In this document: in pieces, positions 59,402 through 64,000 of the stretch
How the letters are laid out: every line of letters starts with the position of its first letter
How positions within the stretch are numbered: the stretch's first letter is position 1
From: Yuukianura sp. NJ FZ-2021
Taxonomy: Eukaryota
Length of the DNA stretch: 64,000 nucleotides
NCBI GenBank assembly: GCA_046563655.1
Contig: CM102288.1
Span: forward strand, 2,480,001-2,544,000
Reading direction: 5' to 3'
Program-made: the position numbers and the translations under genes
The notes under the pieces: generated by a model
What the model was told of the DNA's origin: nothing
The model's input: the letters and a program-made list of their open reading frames with translations, nothing else
Databases searched by the model: none

Positions 59402-61574
59402 ATGGCTGAAATTCCAGCGCCGCCCCAACCCTGGCCAAATACCAAGGAAGACTATGAACTCAATGAAGTCATCGGTGAGTCATGGAAAAAGTTAACCACT
59501 TTTGCATGTTTAACGATTCCCGAGTTTTAAATGTCGTTTTGTACTGGATTTTATGTTTGTAGGTGTTGGGGCGACGGCTGTTGTCCATGCTGCTTACTGC
59601 ATACCTCGCAATGAAAAATGTGCCATAAAAAGAATCAACTTAGAGAAATGGAATACGAGCATGGAGGAACTGCTGGTAATAAATTCGATTTAACGACAAG
59701 AGGTCGAACGTGTTGTTAAGGAATTGATTTATTTCTTTTGTACAGAAAGAGATTCATGCAATGTCATCTTGTCATCACGAAAACGTCGTCAATTACTACA
59801 CGTCGTTTGTGGTCAAAGAAGAACTTTGGCTCGTTCTTCGTCTCCTGGAAGGTGGATCTCTGTTGGACATAATCAAGCATCGTATGAAAACGGCGGACTG
59901 CAAACATGGTGTCTTCGACGAGCCCACAATTGCAACGTAAATGACAACGTTATAATGTTTTTTGATGAAATTTTAAATCATCCATGCTAAATTCTTTTGC
60001 TTCTCCAGGGTTCTCAAAGAAGTCTTGAAAGGTCTAGAGTATTTTCATAGCAATGGCCAAATTCATCGTGATATCAAAGTAAGAAAGTCGTATTTCGAAG
60101 CGATACAGCAAACTAATGAAACTTTCTTATACAGGCGGGCAATATTTTAATGGGAGAAGATGGCACTGTTCAAATCGCTGATTTCGGAGTCTCCGCTTGG
60201 CTTGCCACTGGTGGTGACTTGTCACGTCAGAAAGTTCGACACACGTTTGTTGGAACACCGTAAGTTTTATCCCATACTCCTTCAGCAGCTTGTTACTACT
60301 ATTTACGCGCTGTCAATGTCATTAATCACGTGTATCTTGTTTTGACAGATGCTGGATGGCTCCTGAAGTGATGGAACAGGTTAGTGCAAACATTCCGCTG
60401 TTAATGCTTGTACATATTTTGTAGTTCAACATAACAATAAGCGTTATTTATATATTTTAGGACCACGGCTATGACTTCAAGGCCGACATTTGGTCATTCG
60501 GCATCACAGCGATTGAGATGGTGACCGGAAGTGCTCCATACCACAAGTATCCTCCAATGAAAGTCCTAATGCTTACGCTTCAAAATGATCCACCAACAAT
60601 TGAAACTGGAGCCGAGGACAAGGATCAGTACAGCAAAAACTATGGAAAAACAATCCGGAAGATGATTGCTGACTGTTTGCAGAAAGATCCTACCAAAAGA
60701 CCCACAGCGACTGAACTCCTCAAGCATCCCTTCTTTAAAAAATCAAAAGACAAGAAGTATTTGCAACACACGTTGCTCTCCATTGCTCCAACGGTGGAAA
60801 CAAGAGTTCAGAAGGCTGCCAAGAAACAACCAGCGAGTGGCAAGTTACATCGAACTGTTAGTGGGGAATGGGTATGGTCAAGCGACGAAGAAGACGACGA
60901 CAGTGCCAGTAGTGCTGCACGGAAAAGTATGAGGCGACATTCTTCTGCTCAGGAAACGGCTCCTGGTGGGGCTGACGGTGGCTCAAGTGGAGTTGAGGGA
61001 GCTGGTGGGAACGTTCCTAGGCGACCATCGGAACCGATGCTATCTGGTGGTTCTTATGGTCATTCAAGTCAGATTCAATCTTCAGTGGGTGGTGACGAGA
61101 ATGGACCTTATGCCACTTCGGATGATGAGACACTCAACCTTGTTTTGCGAATGAGGTCAGTACATGAACTTTCACCTTTGACCTTCAACAACCAATGAAA
61201 CGCTAACAATTATAGTCTTTTTTTTTTAGAAATTCGCGCCGAGAGTTGAATGACATCCGATTTGAGTATATACCGGGCAAGGACACTGCTGATGGCATTG
61301 CCTCGGAACTGGTAGGGGCGGGGCTTGTGGACGACAAAGACTTTGCCTCAATAACAGCAAGTCTCCAAAAACTCATCGCCAATCGGAATCAAATCCGTCA
61401 TTTAACATTTCCTCTTGTAAGTTCAAGGACAAATCGATAAACGTTTCAGGTCAACTTGTGCCACTAACTTGACCTTTGACATTTCCCTAACAGAGTTCTG
61501 GCCTACCACCATCAGAGATCCCTGATGACAAGTCATTAATCGGATTCGCCCAGATGAGTATATCAGAGAACTGA
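59402..61574 (+). CDS. fray: STE20-family kinase frayed / OSR1 / SPAK
   Basis: [63 protein letters not shown] domain ([17 protein letters not shown]). Exons from 59218-59474 to 61494-61574. The frame is open upstream of ATG 59402 and may be extended by alternative first exons. Confidence 0.95.
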
Positions 61575-62156
61575 ATTAGACTGAATACGAATAAGTGAAA
61601 AACCTCGCAATGAAGTTCAGCGTTGGACATTCTACGCATACAGTACTTGGTGTAATAGCGCTGCTTTTGCTAAAAACATCACTTTAGCAGCCAACTTTAA
61701 ACTTCAGCGCCAAATGCCCGCTTTTCAATTGATAATAATCTATACACCAAAGTCTTTTTAGAAAAAACCAATACCATCTACGAAACCGGGCTTTCTGAGA
61801 TCCTCTCATGTCTCGTGTCTCTTTTCAATTTTAGTCACACCTTCTAAAAATTAATTAGCAATGTGCAGAATGTAGTAATTTACCAATTTTTTGTTAAATT
61901 AGACCAAAAATCCTACAGAATAGATCAGCATCCAATTAAAAGTCGTGCGTAAAACAACAGACTGTTTAATAATAATTAATGTTTGGGTTTGTAGGAATTT
62001 CCAATCAATGGAACCCAGTACAACAACGTTTGCGCGCGTAAAGAGAGCTTAGCTCAAGAAAAGAAAAAAGTTTTAAATGTGAATTGGTTAATACTAATGT
62101 GAGATGGAGGTGTCAATTAGTACTGATTAACTTCTCGTGCTAACACTTGAGTGAGG

Positions 62157-64000
62157 TTAAGATTTGATTTTGGGAAAGCCAGTTATTTGTTTCTTTTCTT
62201 CTTTTCTCTTTTGGGCCATCACTTTCTTTCGCAGATGTTCCTTGTAGTCTAAAATTCCACTTTCCCATTTCGTTACAGTTCCTTTTTCACAAACCCAAAT
62301 TTCGTTTGCCACCTAAACCCAAAAAATTGTTCAAAATTTTGATTTTCACAACACCAGTTTGAACGCAGTCAGCTTAAGAAATTGTTCTTTTTTCTCACCT
62401 GAGAAATTAGACGAAAGTCGTGAGAAACAAGAACCATACCACCTTCAAAGTTTGCAATTGCATCGGCCAAGGCATCAATTGTTTCAATATCCAAATCTAT
62501 CAATCACAAAGTTAAAATCAATTGCGTCAATTTGATTTTTTTTTAGTTTGTAAACTTACGATTCGTCGGTTCGTCCAGAAGGAGCAAGTGAGGAGCTTGT
62601 TGTGATATCCAAGCAAAGACAACACGGCATCGTTGACCATCGGAGAGTTGACGAATAGGACTCACCTAGAAATGACATGCACCAGAAGTTTCAACATTAC
62701 ATCTACATGCTGTTTGTGGTGAATTTGTTGACGTGACTGGCGTGATTAATGATTAAAGGAATGATTAATGATTCTCACCTGCTGTTTTCCTGACAGTCCG
62801 TACCGTCCTACGATTCTTCTCATCTCTTCCCGTTCTTTAATTTCTGGGAAGCACTTCATCATGTAGTCGAGTGGTGAAAGATCCAAATCAAGAAGTTCAT
62901 GGAGATGCTGATGGTATCGGCCGAAACGAAGATGAGAGTTCTTGCGGATCATTCCTTCAGTAGGGACAATCTACGAGAAACAAAACATATCAAGTGAACT
63001 GTATGGCAAACATTCTGCTGAATTACTAAATTGAACTTACGTCACCGTAGAGTAGTTTCAGCAGGGTACTTTTTCCAGCTCCGTTCGGACCGACAAGAGC
63101 CAACCTCGTATCCAAATCAATTCCGAATTCTAAGTTTTTGTAGATCCACGGAGACTTGTCATTGTACCGAAAACTGACATTTTGGACCATAATCACTGGA
63201 GGCGGAACTGAAACCAAGAAGTATACATCACAAATTAACTTTTTACTGAATGTTTCTGTTTGAGTTTAGACGTTCTTACTTGTGCCACATGATGGAAAAT
63301 AAAATGAAACAGTTTTATCAGCTGTGACTTTTTCGGCCAATCCACCGGCAACCATTTTGGCCAAAGTTTTCTCTTTGGACTGTGCCTGACGAGCCAATTT
63401 GGCGGATCCGTGTCCAAATCTAGCAATGTAGTTCTACACGACAACAAAAACCAGTAATTAGTACTAAAAAGTATTTCAATAAGCATTCAGCATCAGCATG
63501 CACCTAGACATTCTTTGTGTCTTGTCATGCAGAATCAGGTTCGCTTCGGGTGAGTTATGAACATTCGATCTCGAATTCAGTTCAAATGAAGGTCAACTGA
63601 ATAAATCCGAAAACTTATTGCAGTCGGCACATTCACTTCTTGAAGATCGAGACCGTATTCATCGGCCTCTTAGTTCATCATTTATGCACACACAACTACT
63701 TTTCATAACTACTAAAATTGAATCCATGTTTCCGTACCTTCATGTGAGCAATCTGATCTTGCTCCCAGTTGAACTGCTTCATTTGATTCTCCAGCAATTC
63801 CAGTCGAGTTTGAACGAATTGATCATAATTTCCCTAAGAAAGGAAAATTATTAGACTTTGTGAAATTTTCTGGTGCAGATTGAAGGTGACTTACTCCATA
63901 GTATTTCAGTTTTTTCTTGTCCAAGTGGATGATATTAGTACAAACTCCGTTCATGAAGTCCTGCGAATGGGAAATGATGACCAGGATTCGCTTGTAAGTT
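62157..64000 (-). CDS. ABCF2: ATP-binding cassette subfamily F member 2 (3' part)
   Basis: [69 protein letters not shown]; stop TAA at 62157-62159. The gene continues beyond the window. Confidence 0.95.
63526..63690 (-). ncRNA. Candidate intronic box C/D sno/scaRNA
   Basis: Lies in the 304-nt ABCF2 intron 63434-63737; most neighbouring introns are about 60-110 nt. Box C ATGATGA 63681-63675, box D CTGA 63538-63535 (alternative 63496-63493), TGCA-based terminal stem, long internal stem 63662-63647 with 63574-63557 enclosing two small hairpins. Confidence 0.6.

Noticed and set aside
62667..62778. Mirtron-like hairpin in a short ABCF2 intron (similar weak pairing in Mi-2 intron 30122-30226)
   Set aside because: Pairing is patchy and there are no H/ACA or C/D boxes.
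63434..63737. Intronic RNase P, RNase MRP, U3 or U14 RNA
   Set aside because: Their conserved signature motifs were not seen; only C/D boxes and stems are supported.

Overview
AT-rich, gene-dense eukaryotic DNA with mostly 55-100 nt GT-AG introns. It is probably from an arthropod (inferred from protein similarity; the taxon cannot be fixed from the sequence). Ten spliced protein-coding genes were reconstructed by hand: an acidic protein of unknown function (-, runs off the left edge), Duox (-), Mi-2/CHD4 (+), a coiled-coil protein with a hydrophobic tail (+), DHX36-like helicase (+), a secreted Gly/His/Tyr-rich peptide (+), a CD36-family protein (-), Topors-like RING ligase (-), fray/OSR1-SPAK kinase (+) and ABCF2 (-, runs off the right edge). 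Five non-autonomous DNA transposons have clear TIRs and TSDs; one sits inside a DHX36 coding exon and brings a premature stop. The most notable unannotated elements are two intronic RNAs: a box H/ACA RNA in a Mi-2 intron whose 3' pocket matches U5 snRNA loop 1 (like human SCARNA11/ACA57, hosted by CHD4), and a structured box C/D RNA candidate in an ABCF2 intron with split complementarity to the U2 5' end. The CD36 homologue appears to have a signal peptide plus GPI-type tail instead of two membrane spans. All coordinates were counted by eye and no database search was run.
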